Below are positions 25,180 through 35,698 of a DNA stretch of 44,793 nt, one piece after another. Each line of letters begins with the position of its first letter. Position 1 is the stretch's first letter. A program made the translations under genes and the position numbers. Below the pieces are notes generated by a model that made no database searches, was not told the DNA's origin, and saw only the letters and a program-made list of their open reading frames with translations. Origin of the DNA: a virus (Duplodnaviria > Heunggongvirae > Uroviricota > Caudoviricetes); IMG/VR virus record IMGVR_UViG_643348551_000008, positions 1-44,793 of that record. One strand, given 5' to 3'.

Positions 25180-25455
25180 TCACCTCAACAATGGAAAGAT
25201 TTTTGTGACGTTCCCGCGTGCGCGTATCACCAGCACGCAGAACAGCAGGTTAAAAAACACTTCCAGCCAGCCCGTTGCTAACGGGCGACCACACAGATAG
25301 CTGAGGGGCGCAAAGGCATACAGCAGCATCAGCAGCCAGGCCAGCCATGACATCAGCGGTTTGTGTCTGGAGTCACGACGACGATAAAAAAAGAGCGTCA
25401 GCACGATAACCGTGCATAACGCCACATTCAGCAATCCGGGAAGGTTACTTAACAT
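25180..25455 (-). CDS. Small integral membrane protein (91 aa), putative holin/antiholin component
   Basis: Two to three hydrophobic segments; GGAGG SD before ATG at 25455. Confidence 0.45.
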   Translation of the reverse strand: MLSNLPGLLNVALCTVIVLTLFFYRRRDSRHKPLMSWLAWLLMLLYAFAPLSYLCGRPLATGWLEVFFNLLFCVLVIRARGNVTKIFPLLR

Positions 25456-25837
25456 TGCCGCCTCCTCCACCCCGCAGGCGGGAGAACACACCGGACACCA
25501 GTGATGCAATATCCTGCTGGTGGATGAACGACAGAATCTTCACCGACACCACCGATACCAGCACCGCACACAGCGCATCTGCCGATGTACCGTCATACCC
25601 TGTTGTTGATGCAATCCAGGCTGACAGCACGCGCGCCCCCAGCACGCCGACGATAAACGACACCAAAAAATGCGCCACCACGCGCCAGACTGAAATCTTC
25701 TGCGGCATCGTTGCCACAAATAACGCCCCGGCGAACGCACCAAACACAATCCCGAAATCCGTTCCGGTAAACAGCCCGAATACCGTCGCCCCGCCGAGCG
25801 CCGCAGCCGTGCCGGAACCGGATAAGGGTTCAGACAT
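25445..25837 (-). CDS. Holin-like membrane protein (130 aa)
   Basis: Gly/Ala-rich hydrophobic helices with charged C-terminus; AGGAGA SD before ATG at 25837; upstream of the endolysin. Confidence 0.5.
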   Translation of the reverse strand: MSEPLSGSGTAAALGGATVFGLFTGTDFGIVFGAFAGALFVATMPQKISVWRVVAHFLVSFIVGVLGARVLSAWIASTTGYDGTSADALCAVLVSVVSVKILSFIHQQDIASLVSGVFSRLRGGGGGNVK

Positions 25838-25925
25838 ACTTTTTTCTCCTGTAAATAAAAAAGGGCCACCAGCGGCCCGTAAAAACACCCCGTCAAAGGC
25901 ACCCGCAGATGCCTTTTGTGTGGTG

Positions 25926-26078
25926 TTATTCAGATTTACGCAGTAAAGGCCGGAGCACGACCAGCGCCATCGCCACCAGCACACCATCTGCCAGCACCGA
26001 CATCAGCCGTCCGGTGAAATCCACCGCCACTACCAGAAACAGCAGGATGGCAGCCAGCACAAGGCGCGCACTTTTCAC
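25926..26078 (-). CDS. Small hydrophobic protein (50 aa, GTG start coupled to the upstream stop)
   Basis: VKSARLVLAAILLFLVVAVDF...; GTGA overlap with the stop of the TerB-like gene, GGAG 7 nt upstream. Not in the ORF track because under 60 aa. Confidence 0.3.
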   Translation of the reverse strand: MKSARLVLAAILLFLVVAVDFTGRLMSVLADGVLVAMALVVLRPLLRKSE

Positions 26079-26500
26079 AGGTACTGCTCCAGCGGTAGCT
26101 GAAGCGCCTGCGCAATTTTCTTGAGCTGTGTTTCTTCATCCGGACCAATGCCATCCTGGTCAGCGATATCCAGACACAGGCACAGCACATTAACTGCGTC
26201 ATCAGTACCTGCCACGTCAGCCAGCTGACGAAGGGCTTCAGCATTGGCAGAGCGCGGCGACGCTTCATAACGGGCGCGGATATTTGCACTCATTTGTGCA
26301 ATCTCACCGGAGAACGGCGCAAAGGCAGGAAGTGCTGCAATGGTTTTCTCCAGTACCGCGACTTCTTTCGCGTCACAGGTGTCGTCAGCATATGCAATGG
26401 AATACGCGCCCCAGACGGTCGCCTCCACTGCGTCGCGGTTCTCCATCTTCTTCACTTCGGTAATGGCCTTGCGGGTTTTCTTTTTGAAAATACCAAACAT
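26075..26500 (-). CDS. TerB-like domain protein (tellurite-resistance TerB family), cargo gene
   Basis: 141-aa ORF with the recalled TerB pattern (N-terminal MFGIFKK, ...IAYADD...DIADQDGIGPDEE...). Confidence 0.5.
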   Translation of the reverse strand: MFGIFKKKTRKAITEVKKMENRDAVEATVWGAYSIAYADDTCDAKEVAVLEKTIAALPAFAPFSGEIAQMSANIRARYEASPRSANAEALRQLADVAGTDDAVNVLCLCLDIADQDGIGPDEETQLKKIAQALQLPLEQYL

Positions 26501-26872
26501 CGTGACTTTTCCTTTTAGTGGGTGAGCCTGCGCCCGGGGGTGACCAGCCCACAGAGAAAGTCACACTGACCATCCCGTAAGCTCACCCCTGAAAGGCTCT
26601 GTGGTTTTTGATGTGCGCCGGGCGTGGCGCAAAGAAATGAAATAAGACTTACCTGAAATTAAGGTTAATCTGAGGATTTAAACCATTTTTAAAGCTTAGT
26701 AATATCAACTCGTCTCCTGAAGGAGACAGATACTTATGATTCTTCATGGACTTTGTCCCGCGGCGTTAATCCGACGGCCGCGCTTTTTTTGCGCCATATT
26801 CATCGCTAACTTACATGGCATTGCCACACGGGCATTATCAGTGTCCGTGTTTCTTTTTTTAGGGTTCAGAAT

Positions 26873-26897
26873 AAAAAAAACCGCCCGGTGGAGGCGG
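26873..26897 (-). terminator. Intrinsic terminator downstream of the tRNA genes
   Basis: Stem ccgccc/gggcgg (26881-26897) followed on the minus strand by a U8 run. Confidence 0.65.
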
Positions 26898-27178
26898 TAA
26901 AGGATGTATTTCCAGGTTTTGCTTAGTATATGATTAATCTCAATGTCATTTTTAGCGATGTTTACAACATCGGGATGACACATCACCGACCCTGTCAGGA
27001 AATACAAAATCTCCACCGACAATGCGCCATTCCGATGTTATAAAAAATCAGCACTGATACCGTAATAAATAACATTCATTACAGGACGGGATGTAGTAAG
27101 GAGTCAGGGTAAAACAAAAACATCCCACACATATAATGTGTCAGTGCCTAACACAACCTAGCATCTATTGTCCTCGGC

Positions 27179-27253
<75 letters not shown>

Positions 27254-27256
27254 ATA

Positions 27257-27332
27257 TGGTGCCGACTACCGGAATCGAACTGGCGACCCGGTGATTACAA
27301 GTCAGTTGCTTTGTCTGCTAAGTTAAATCGGC
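27257..27332 (-). tRNA. tRNA-like gene, possibly tRNA-Thr (UGU) with imperfect stems (may be degenerate)
   Basis: Acceptor GCCGATT/AGTCGGC plus CCA and T-loop TTCGATT present; anticodon loop CTTGTAA but only 3 bp pair in the anticodon stem and the D-arm is atypical. Confidence 0.4.
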
Positions 27333-27513
27333 AACGGTTCCTCGGAAAAAATAAAACGACCGATATATGCATTATTTCCCTGTCATCTCCTCGGAACTGA
27401 CTATTGATATTAATGAGGGCAAACACTATTTCAATAAACATAGTGTCAATATTAGTAAATATATGTATAAATTTCTATCACTCGTGATTGATTACAAATA
27501 ATCACACACATAT

Positions 27514-28560
27514 TTAACTATTTTCTTTTATTTCGCTTACAGTCTGGTTAAATCTCTCTTCTTCCTGCTCCACACCTATTGCATGCCGTCCCAGCGATAA
27601 TGCTGCTTTTATTGTTGATCCCGACCCCATAAAAAAATCAGCAACCAAATCTCCCGGATGGCTGCTGGCGGTAATTATCTGACGCAACATATCCGCCGGT
27701 TTCTCACAGGGATGTTTGCCGGGGTAATACTGCACAGGCTTGTGCGTCCAGACATCCGTATACGGAACAGCTGCCGATACGGAAAAATAACGCCGCAGGG
27801 ATTTGTACTCTTCCAGCAGGCTGGCATATTGCCGGTTCAGTTCACTGTATGTGCTGACCAGCTGGTGGTGCGGCTTTTCCAGTTCACCGCGTTGATGTTT
27901 TTCTGCTGCAACACGCGCAAACAACGCCTGTAATTTCAGATAATCGCCTTCGTTCGGCAACTGCCACTGACTGATACCAAACCAGTGCGAAGCCATGTTT
28001 TTCTTTCCGGTGACTTCCGCTATCTGTTTTGACGTTATACCCAGTGATTCACGCGCATCACGAAAGTAAGAAATCAGCGGAGCCATCACGTGCTGCTTAA
28101 GCTCGCGCCCCTTTGCCGCATAGCCGTCATTTTTTGGCTGATATGGCCCCTGATAATGTTCAGCAAACAGAATGCGTTCTGTTGCCGGAAAATACGCCCG
28201 CAGGCTTTCCTTGTTGCACCCGTTCCAGCGCCCGGACGGCTTCGCCCAGATAATATGGTTCAGCACATTAAAGCGCTCACGCATCATGATTTCGATATCA
28301 GATGCCAGGCGATGACCACAGAACAGGTAGAGACTTCCGGCAGGTTTCAGTACCCGCCAGAATTGCGCCAGACACTGATCCAGCCATTTCAGGTAATCAT
28401 CGTCGCCCTTCCACTGGTTATCCCAGCCCTCGGGCTTCACTTTAAAGTATGGCGGGTCTGTGACTATCAGATCGACAGAGTTTTCCGGTAAGGTCTGGAT
28501 AAATTCCAGGCAATCAGCGTTGATTAACTCACAACTGGATATTTTTACAGTATTAGCCAT
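27514..28560 (-). CDS. DNA methyltransferase (N6-adenine/N4-cytosine class, orphan)
   Basis: DPPY motif near the N-terminus and FxGSGST near the C-terminus; no adjacent restriction endonuclease. Confidence 0.8.
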   Translation of the reverse strand: MANTVKISSCELINADCLEFIQTLPENSVDLIVTDPPYFKVKPEGWDNQWKGDDDYLKWLDQCLAQFWRVLKPAGSLYLFCGHRLASDIEIMMRERFNVLNHIIWAKPSGRWNGCNKESLRAYFPATERILFAEHYQGPYQPKNDGYAAKGRELKQHVMAPLISYFRDARESLGITSKQIAEVTGKKNMASHWFGISQWQLPNEGDYLKLQALFARVAAEKHQRGELEKPHHQLVSTYSELNRQYASLLEEYKSLRRYFSVSAAVPYTDVWTHKPVQYYPGKHPCEKPADMLRQIITASSHPGDLVADFFMGSGSTIKAALSLGRHAIGVEQEEERFNQTVSEIKENS

Positions 28561-28700
28561 AGATCAATAAGCACTTCTCTGATAGGCTCATACCGCTTTT
28601 GCGCAAAGCAGATGGGCCTGAGGTTTGCTTGTGACCCCAACGCATGAGCAGATGGCTGGCAGGTGCCGCTAACACCCACCAGCCGCCCATTACCACAAAT

Positions 28701-28724
28701 TAAAAAGCCTTCACTGCGGAAGGC
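28701..28724 (-). terminator. Intrinsic terminator at the 3' end of the 65-aa gene
   Basis: Stem gccttc/gaaggc (28707-28724) followed on the minus strand by TTTTTA. Confidence 0.55.
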
Positions 28725-28908
28725 GTCTGTAACAACCGAACTGATAATCTGCCAGACCCGCCATAACAAGCTGAGTCAGTATTAACTGGCAGCGTTCGCG
28801 TGAAAGGTAAGTATTCTGCGCAATTTCCCCGACGGTCGCTGGTTCGGTGACACTTAATTCATTAAATACCACTCTGGCGGTTTCGGTCATATCCTGCTGT
28901 TTTAGCAT
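28711..28908 (-). CDS. Small putative DNA-binding protein (winged-helix-like), 65 aa
   Basis: ORF bracketed by terminator-like hairpins; pattern EPATVGEIAQNTYLSRERCQLIL resembles an HTH. Confidence 0.4.
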   Translation of the reverse strand: MLKQQDMTETARVVFNELSVTEPATVGEIAQNTYLSRERCQLILTQLVMAGLADYQFGCYRRLPQ

Positions 28909-29030
28909 GTCTTTTTCCTTTTCTGGTTAACGTGACATACCAATAACTCTTGTCTAAAAAGCCAGCAAGCTGAAAGACCGGTATTCGCAACCACCAGCGC
29001 ATTTAACGTCCTGTACCGCTTTTCGGGCAC

Positions 29031-29056
29031 AAAAAAAACCGCTCATCGGCGGGTTT
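29031..29056 (-). terminator. Weak intrinsic terminator (possible tR'-like)
   Basis: Short GC stem ccgc/gcgg followed by a U8 run on the minus strand. Confidence 0.4.
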
Positions 29057-29165
29057 AAGCTGTGTGACGTAGTAATCACTCTTAACATCATATTTAAATT
29101 TTTACGTACGTAAACCTGTACGTATAACTTTATATTATAAAAATGCAACAACTATAATATTTTAG

Positions 29166-30360
<1,195 letters not shown>

Positions 30361-30361
30361 T

Positions 30362-30514
30362 TAGATATTTTAGATATTTTAGATATTTTAGATATTTTAG
30401 ATATTTTAGATATTTTAGATATTTTAGATATTTTAGATATTTTAGATGTTTTAGATGTTTTAGATGTTTTAGATGTTTTAGATGTTTTAGATATTTTAGA
30501 TATTTTAGATAAAT
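30362..30514. repeat. 9-bp tandem repeat array (about 16.5 units: 9x TAGATATTT, 5x TAGATGTTT, 2x TAGATATTT)
   Basis: Directly visible; abuts the IS5 right end and lies about 175 bp upstream of the porin start codon. Confidence 0.95.
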
Positions 30515-30689
30515 ACTGCATTGAAAATTATCACCAATATTTAACACCACACATAAATGTGATATTGATCACACTATAAACCCTTAAATAAACCCCATAT
30601 CTTGAAATAACAGTACCGATTAGATGTATATTTAAGTTGCAGCGACATCATTTTTTAATAATAGTTCCCAAAAGGACTAAGGATTCATA

Positions 30690-31772
30690 ATGAAAAAATT
30701 AACAGTGGCAATCTCTGCTGTAGCAGCATCAGTATTGATAGCTATGTCCGCTCAGGCAGCTGAGATTTATAACAAAGACAGCAATAAATTAGATCTGTAC
30801 GGAAAAGTTAATGCCGGGCACTACTTCTCCTCTAACGATAAACACGATGGTGACAAAACTTATGCTCGTCTGGGATTCAAAGGTGAAACCCAAATCAACG
30901 ATAAACTGACTGGTTTCGGTCAGTGGGAATATGAATTCAAAGGCAACCATGCTGAATCTCAAGGTTCCTCCGCAGACAAAACCCGTCTTGCGTTTGCTGG
31001 TCTGAAATTCGGCGACTACGGCTCCATCGATTATGGTCGTAACTACGGTGTAGCATACGATATCGGTGCATGGACTAACGTTCTGCCAGAATTCGGTGGC
31101 GATACCTGGACTCAAACAGATGTATTCATGACTGATCGCACCACAGGTGTTGCAACTTATCGTAACAACGACTTATTTGGTCTGGTTGATGGTCTGAACT
31201 TTGCTGCTCAGTATCAGGGTAAAAATGACCGCACTGACGTAACTCAAGCTAATGGTGATGGTTTCGGTTTCTCCACTACTTATGAGTATGAAGGATTCGG
31301 CGTAGGTGCAACCTATGCTAAATCTGACCGCACTAATAATCAGGTTATCTACGGTAACAACAGCCTGAATGCATCTGGTCAAAATGCTGAAGTATGGGCA
31401 GCTGGTCTGAAATATGATGCGAGCAACATCTATCTGGCTACTACCTATTCTGAAACCCAAAACATGACTGTTTTTGGTAAAAACCATATTGCCAACAAAG
31501 CACAAAACTTCGAAGTAGTTGCACAATATCAGTTCGACTTCGGTCTGCGTCCGTCCGTTGCTTACCTGCAATCTAAAGGTAAAGACCTTGGCGTTTTTGG
31601 TGACCAAGATTTAGTCAAATATGTTGATGTAGGTGCAACCTATTATTTCAACAAAAATATGTCAACTTTTGTTGATTACAAAATCAACCTACTTGACAAA
31701 AATGATTTCACCAGAAATCTTGATATAAACGCCGACGATATTGTTGCTGTCGGTATGGTTTACCAGTTCTAA
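30690..31772 (+). CDS. nmpC: Outer membrane general porin, NmpC/Lc (OmpC/OmpF) family
   Basis: 360-aa ORF with signal peptide [23 protein letters not shown] and C-terminal ...VGMVYQF; resembles recalled DLP12 NmpC; located next to Q. Confidence 0.8.
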   Translation: MKKLTVAISAVAASVLIAMSAQAAEIYNKDSNKLDLYGKVNAGHYFSSNDKHDGDKTYARLGFKGETQINDKLTGFGQWEYEFKGNHAESQGSSADKTRLAFAGLKFGDYGSIDYGRNYGVAYDIGAWTNVLPEFGGDTWTQTDVFMTDRTTGVATYRNNDLFGLVDGLNFAAQYQGKNDRTDVTQANGDGFGFSTTYEYEGFGVGATYAKSDRTNNQVIYGNNSLNASGQNAEVWAAGLKYDASNIYLATTYSETQNMTVFGKNHIANKAQNFEVVAQYQFDFGLRPSVAYLQSKGKDLGVFGDQDLVKYVDVGATYYFNKNMSTFVDYKINLLDKNDFTRNLDINADDIVAVGMVYQF

Positions 31773-31910
31773 TTTTTTTATTAACAAGATATGTTGTGAG
31801 GAGATATTTATCTTCCACAACATGTAGGTGATGCCCTCACATCACTGCATTCAGAAAGACATTTTTGTCTTTTCTTTTTAACCTTCTGTTATTTATTACC
31901 CTAAACTCTT

Positions 31911-31935
31911 GGGGCGTTTTTGCGCCCCTTTTTTA
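31911..31935 (+). terminator. Intrinsic terminator downstream of the porin gene
   Basis: Stem ggggcg/cgcccc followed by TTTTTTATT on the plus strand. Confidence 0.65.
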
Positions 31936-31959
31936 TTCAATTTTGCCAGCAAACGTTAG

Positions 31960-32343
31960 TCAATAACACCTAACAACTTCGCGATCCATCTCGAGACGAA
32001 CATCCAATGCCATCAACATTCCTTCGACTATTCCTTCAGCCTTCTGAAGTTTTTTTCCTATATATCCATCAGAACAATGATGCTTACAGGCCAGTGCCAT
32101 GAACGTCATACCAACCACATAATAATCTATCAGCAAATCATGCAAATCACTGTTGTTCTTTTTCAGACGAGCCATGCAACCACAGATAACCATTGCGTCA
32201 TCATCACAACATTGCGGGCGTGACTTAACCTTTGACGGAATCAGTCCTTTGAATCCCGCAGCAATCGGTGACCAGGTAACATCCTCGTGGTTATTTGCCA
32301 CCCATGCCCCCCAACGCTCAAGAACCATCTGGATATCACGCAT
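31960..32343 (-). CDS. Late-gene antiterminator Q (phage 82/DLP12 QuuD-like)
   Basis: 127-aa [27 protein letters not shown]... resembles recalled QuuD; lies after the replication genes. Confidence 0.75.
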   Translation of the reverse strand: MRDIQMVLERWGAWVANNHEDVTWSPIAAGFKGLIPSKVKSRPQCCDDDAMVICGCMARLKKNNSDLHDLLIDYYVVGMTFMALACKHHCSDGYIGKKLQKAEGIVEGMLMALDVRLEMDREVVRCY

Positions 32344-32600
32344 CAGCGCAGTACCTCCTGCACCAGCTTTTCAAACTTCCCAACCTTGGTTTCCAGCTCT
32401 GCCACACAGTCCACCAGCTCATCCACTGCTTTTTGTGCGCGATGTTTTGCTTGCATCAGTTCCCTGAGCGCTGGCACCATATCCCGACGAATGGCATCTT
32501 TTGTTACACCTGTTTTTTCCAGTTGTTCCGCCTGTCGCAACATTTCCTGTGCCTGTTTACGTAATTGTTCAGGGGTAAAAGTCATTGTCTGGTTGTTCAA
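32343..32600 (-). CDS. Hypothetical coiled-coil protein (85 aa)
   Basis: ORF only; position between helicase and Q. Confidence 0.4.
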   Translation of the reverse strand: MNNQTMTFTPEQLRKQAQEMLRQAEQLEKTGVTKDAIRRDMVPALRELMQAKHRAQKAVDELVDCVAELETKVGKFEKLVQEVLR

Positions 32601-33988
32601 AAGAAACGCTCCATCTTACTGCTGTCAGTTCGTTTGTTGCTGTATCTGCGCGGCTGAGGCTGCTGCATTGGGGTGGAAAGAATCTGTGCGCTTTCCTGAT
32701 CCACAGGCAGAAAATGTCCGTTATAAAAACGCCGATAAATCGTCCCCAGAGAACCGTTACGTTGTTTCGTGATATTGATTTCTGCGATGCCCCTGGCCTG
32801 CGTATCCGGGTTGTACACTTCATCCCTGTAAAGCATCAGAATGATGTCTGCATCCGCCTCTATTTCTCCGGAATTTTTCAGGTCTGAGTTCATGGGGCGT
32901 TTATTGGGTCTGGACTCCACACCGCGGGAGAGCTGGCTCAGCGCAATCAACGGAAAACCACCGGATTTTGCCAGGCCTTTAAGCCCCTTTGAGATTTCAC
33001 CCACGGCAAGGTCATGACGCCCCGTGGTTCGGGTTTTTATCAGTCCGAGATAATCAACCACCACCAGCGCCGTTTCCGGATGTTTAATCAGGTGGTGTTT
33101 CGTTGTTGCGCATATCTCGTCAATGGTCAGGTTCGCCTGGTCCACCATCCAGATATTGCGCCCGGTCATCCGCCCCACTCCTTGTGAGAAACGTGCCCAG
33201 TCTTCGTCTTCAAAGTGAGTGACAGATTTCAGGCGTGATACCGGCATTCCTCCAGCCGCAGATACCATGCGTTCACCAATCTGGATGTTCGCCATTTCCA
33301 TTGTGAACAGAAGAACACCATGCCCCTGCTCAGTCACCTTGTCGATGATATCCAGCGCCAGTTCGGTTTTGCCCATCGAAGGACGTGCAGCAATAAATAC
33401 CAGGTCGCCAGGCTCCATGCCGCCCGTTTTTGCGTCCAGTTCATCAATACCGGTCATCAACGTTCTGGATTTTTCCAGTCCCTGATTCCGGCATTCAACA
33501 CGCTCAACCACTTCCGGAAGCACATCATCAATATGTACCGGCTGAATAACGCCCTTTTCCGTCGACAATGAGGCCATCATGTTCTGCGCATCCTTCAGGG
33601 CATCTTCAGCTGCTTCACAGGTATGCGCATCACGTAATTTCTGCAGCGCCTCATTCAGTGTTTTTTCTGCATCGCGCAATGCGGCATTGCGTCGCAACGC
33701 TGCAACATAGTGCTCCAGTGAAGACTTCACCCAAGTTTTACGCCCAGTATCAGTAATCACCGGAGCAAGTTCCGGCATCTCATTGCACAGCAGCACAGGA
33801 TCAATCACACCTGAAACACGAGCCTGTCTGCAGATGCCTGTGTAGATATCCCTATACGCTCGTACAGAAAAAACGTCCGCAGGTAGTGTGGCCAGAATAT
33901 CCATCACTTCAGGATCTGCCCCACGCAGAAAGAACGCGCCAATGACAGCGCCTTCCAGGTCATCGTTACGCCAGACTGGGGTTGTCAT
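32597..33988 (-). CDS. Replicative DNA helicase (DnaB-like)
   Basis: Track ORF trimmed to MTTPVWRNDDLEG; Walker A-like GKTELALDI and RecA-like C-terminal domain. Confidence 0.8.
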   Translation of the reverse strand: MTTPVWRNDDLEGAVIGAFFLRGADPEVMDILATLPADVFSVRAYRDIYTGICRQARVSGVIDPVLLCNEMPELAPVITDTGRKTWVKSSLEHYVAALRRNAALRDAEKTLNEALQKLRDAHTCEAAEDALKDAQNMMASLSTEKGVIQPVHIDDVLPEVVERVECRNQGLEKSRTLMTGIDELDAKTGGMEPGDLVFIAARPSMGKTELALDIIDKVTEQGHGVLLFTMEMANIQIGERMVSAAGGMPVSRLKSVTHFEDEDWARFSQGVGRMTGRNIWMVDQANLTIDEICATTKHHLIKHPETALVVVDYLGLIKTRTTGRHDLAVGEISKGLKGLAKSGGFPLIALSQLSRGVESRPNKRPMNSDLKNSGEIEADADIILMLYRDEVYNPDTQARGIAEINITKQRNGSLGTIYRRFYNGHFLPVDQESAQILSTPMQQPQPRRYSNKRTDSSKMERFF

Positions 33989-34872
33989 GCAGCCACACCT
34001 CTGATACGAGAACGGTAGCTGGGCCAGTTGAACGACAACCAGTTGCGCCCCCCGTCTGTGATCCTGTCGGCAATGCGGGGGCTGATGAACACCCACAACT
34101 CTTCCGGTGAAAGGTTGCTGATCAGAATGGTGGGCAGGATACTTTCGTACCGGGCATTGATAATTTCCTGCAAAATAGCCATTTCAGCCGCGCTGCCAAA
34201 CTGAACACCAACTTCGTCGATGATCAGCAAATCCATTGACGCATAATGCTCAATAACTTCATCCGCTGTTTTTTCGCTGTCATTCCGCCAGCAGTTTTTC
34301 ACAGCACGGGTAAGGCGCATCACGTCGGTGATCTCCACACTGGCCAGATAGTTACGGATGATGTGTTTTGCCATTGATACCGCCAGATGATTTTTCCCGG
34401 TTCCGCAACTACCAGTCATAACAAGACTGGTACCGTTCTCCAGCATATCTGGCCAGTTCTCCGCATAGCGGCGACAGGCCGCAAGATTTCTGGCTGCGTC
34501 AGGATTAACCTCCAGATAATTATCAAACTCGCAGTCCCGAAAACGCAGGGCAATTCCGGCGTTATCAGTCAGCTCTTCCGCCTTGAGGGACGACAGCTCC
34601 ATGGTCAAATCGTTGGCCTCAGCGATCAAGCAGTCAGGGCAGCATGAAATTTTTTCTCTGTCCTCGCCATTACGATCGCTCCACACCAGTATATGCGTAC
34701 TGTATTTACCGTGTTTTTCGCAATATCCGCGGCCTTCACGCATCAGGCAGGAACGATAAGGCCATGGCTTTTCGCCCTTCTGAGCAAATGCAATCTCTGC
34801 CCGTAACTCATCCATTCGCGCCTGTAGTCTTTTTTGTTGTTCACGCAGGTTAAACGTCATCATCGCTGTCAC
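33985..34872 (-). CDS. DnaC/IstB-like AAA+ helicase loader with N-terminal Cys-rich region
   Basis: Walker A GSCGTGKNHLA and Walker B LLIIDEVG; immediately precedes the helicase. Confidence 0.75.
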   Translation of the reverse strand: MTAMMTFNLREQQKRLQARMDELRAEIAFAQKGEKPWPYRSCLMREGRGYCEKHGKYSTHILVWSDRNGEDREKISCCPDCLIAEANDLTMELSSLKAEELTDNAGIALRFRDCEFDNYLEVNPDAARNLAACRRYAENWPDMLENGTSLVMTGSCGTGKNHLAVSMAKHIIRNYLASVEITDVMRLTRAVKNCWRNDSEKTADEVIEHYASMDLLIIDEVGVQFGSAAEMAILQEIINARYESILPTILISNLSPEELWVFISPRIADRITDGGRNWLSFNWPSYRSRIRGVAA

Positions 34873-34873
34873 C

Positions 34874-35698
34874 TCAGAATGTCAGTTTGTCACTGGATTT
34901 ACCGAATTTGTCAGACATGGCTCCCAGGCCAGCCAGGACATCGACCTGTCGCTGTCGCCCACCTCCGGGAGCGGCTGGCTGTTGCCAGAATTCTTCGAAG
35001 TGACGATCGGGTCCAAAGAACGTCGCGGCCTGCTTCACGAACTGTGTGCCGGTATTTCCTGTAGCACGTACCCAGGCGGCATAACGTCTCACACCATCAA
35101 GCATGGTCTCCGGTTTTATTCCCTCCCTGATACGGGCTTTCCAGGCTTTGAAGGCTGCTGACTTGGAATTGCCACCAGCACGTTTGGGATATTCCTGCCA
35201 GGCCTGTTCAAATTCCGGTGAATATTCCTGTCGGGCAGAGCGCGCTGGTGCAGACGCGTCAGCGGGTGCGCCAATTGTTGGTTCATTGACTGGTTCTTTG
35301 ACTGGTTCAAAAGAGTGACTGGTTCTGGGTGAATCTCCTGCACTACCCCCTGGTGCAACTCCTGCACCACCTGGTGAATTTGCTGCACTAGGTAGTGAAT
35401 TATTTGCACTACCCCCTGGTGAATCTTTTGCACCATCAAGACGAAGAAGATAAATATTGCTCGAGTTCCCTTTTTCACCTTTCCGGGAAACTTTTTTTAC
35501 CAGTCCGGATTCACAAAGAGCCGTAATATGATTCATCACAGAACGTTTGCTAATCTCGCACTGATCAGCAATATGCTGATAGCTGGGCCAGCACTCGCCC
35601 TGATCGCTGGCATTATCAGCCAGCTTAATCAGAACCAGTTTTCGCAACGGATTTCCCACGCGAATTTTCATCGCTTTCACCATCAGCTCCATGCTCAT
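34874..35698 (-). CDS. Replication initiator/replisome organiser (O-like), N-terminal HTH with Pro/Gly-rich linker
   Basis: 274-aa ORF; N-terminal HTH-like region; iteron repeats embedded in the coding sequence. Confidence 0.65.
   Translation of the reverse strand: MSMELMVKAMKIRVGNPLRKLVLIKLADNASDQGECWPSYQHIADQCEISKRSVMNHITALCESGLVKKVSRKGEKGNSSNIYLLRLDGAKDSPGGSANNSLPSAANSPGGAGVAPGGSAGDSPRTSHSFEPVKEPVNEPTIGAPADASAPARSARQEYSPEFEQAWQEYPKRAGGNSKSAAFKAWKARIREGIKPETMLDGVRRYAAWVRATGNTGTQFVKQAATFFGPDRHFEEFWQQPAAPGGGRQRQVDVLAGLGAMSDKFGKSSDKLTF
35287..35421. repeat. Putative replication origin iterons: 3x TGACTGGTTC and 4x TGCAC(TACCCC/CAC/TAGGTA)CTGGTG with ~21-24 bp spacing
   Basis: Directly visible direct repeats inside the O-like gene. 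Confidence 0.6.

Noticed and set aside
26736-26900. About 54-aa plus-strand ORF with an AGGAGA SD starting in the palindrome upstream of the TerB-like gene
   Set aside because: Runs antisense through a terminator hairpin and is Arg/Phe-rich; kept only as a remote possibility.
26744-27022. 92-aa minus-strand ORF between the tRNAs and the TerB-like gene
   Set aside because: Spans the intrinsic terminator and AT-rich intergenic DNA; no SD.
27333-27513. Third tRNA gene, as in the three-tRNA arrangement I recall for Stx phages
   Set aside because: No GTTCGA T-loop motif or acceptor-stem complementarity found in the flanking sequence.
30362-30514. Possible CRISPR array
   Set aside because: Repeats are 9 bp and directly tandem with no spacers, and there are no cas genes.
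35116-35478. 120-aa alternative-frame ORF within the O-like gene
   Set aside because: It is the translation of the iteron repeats in another frame; the O-like frame has the HTH and synteny.
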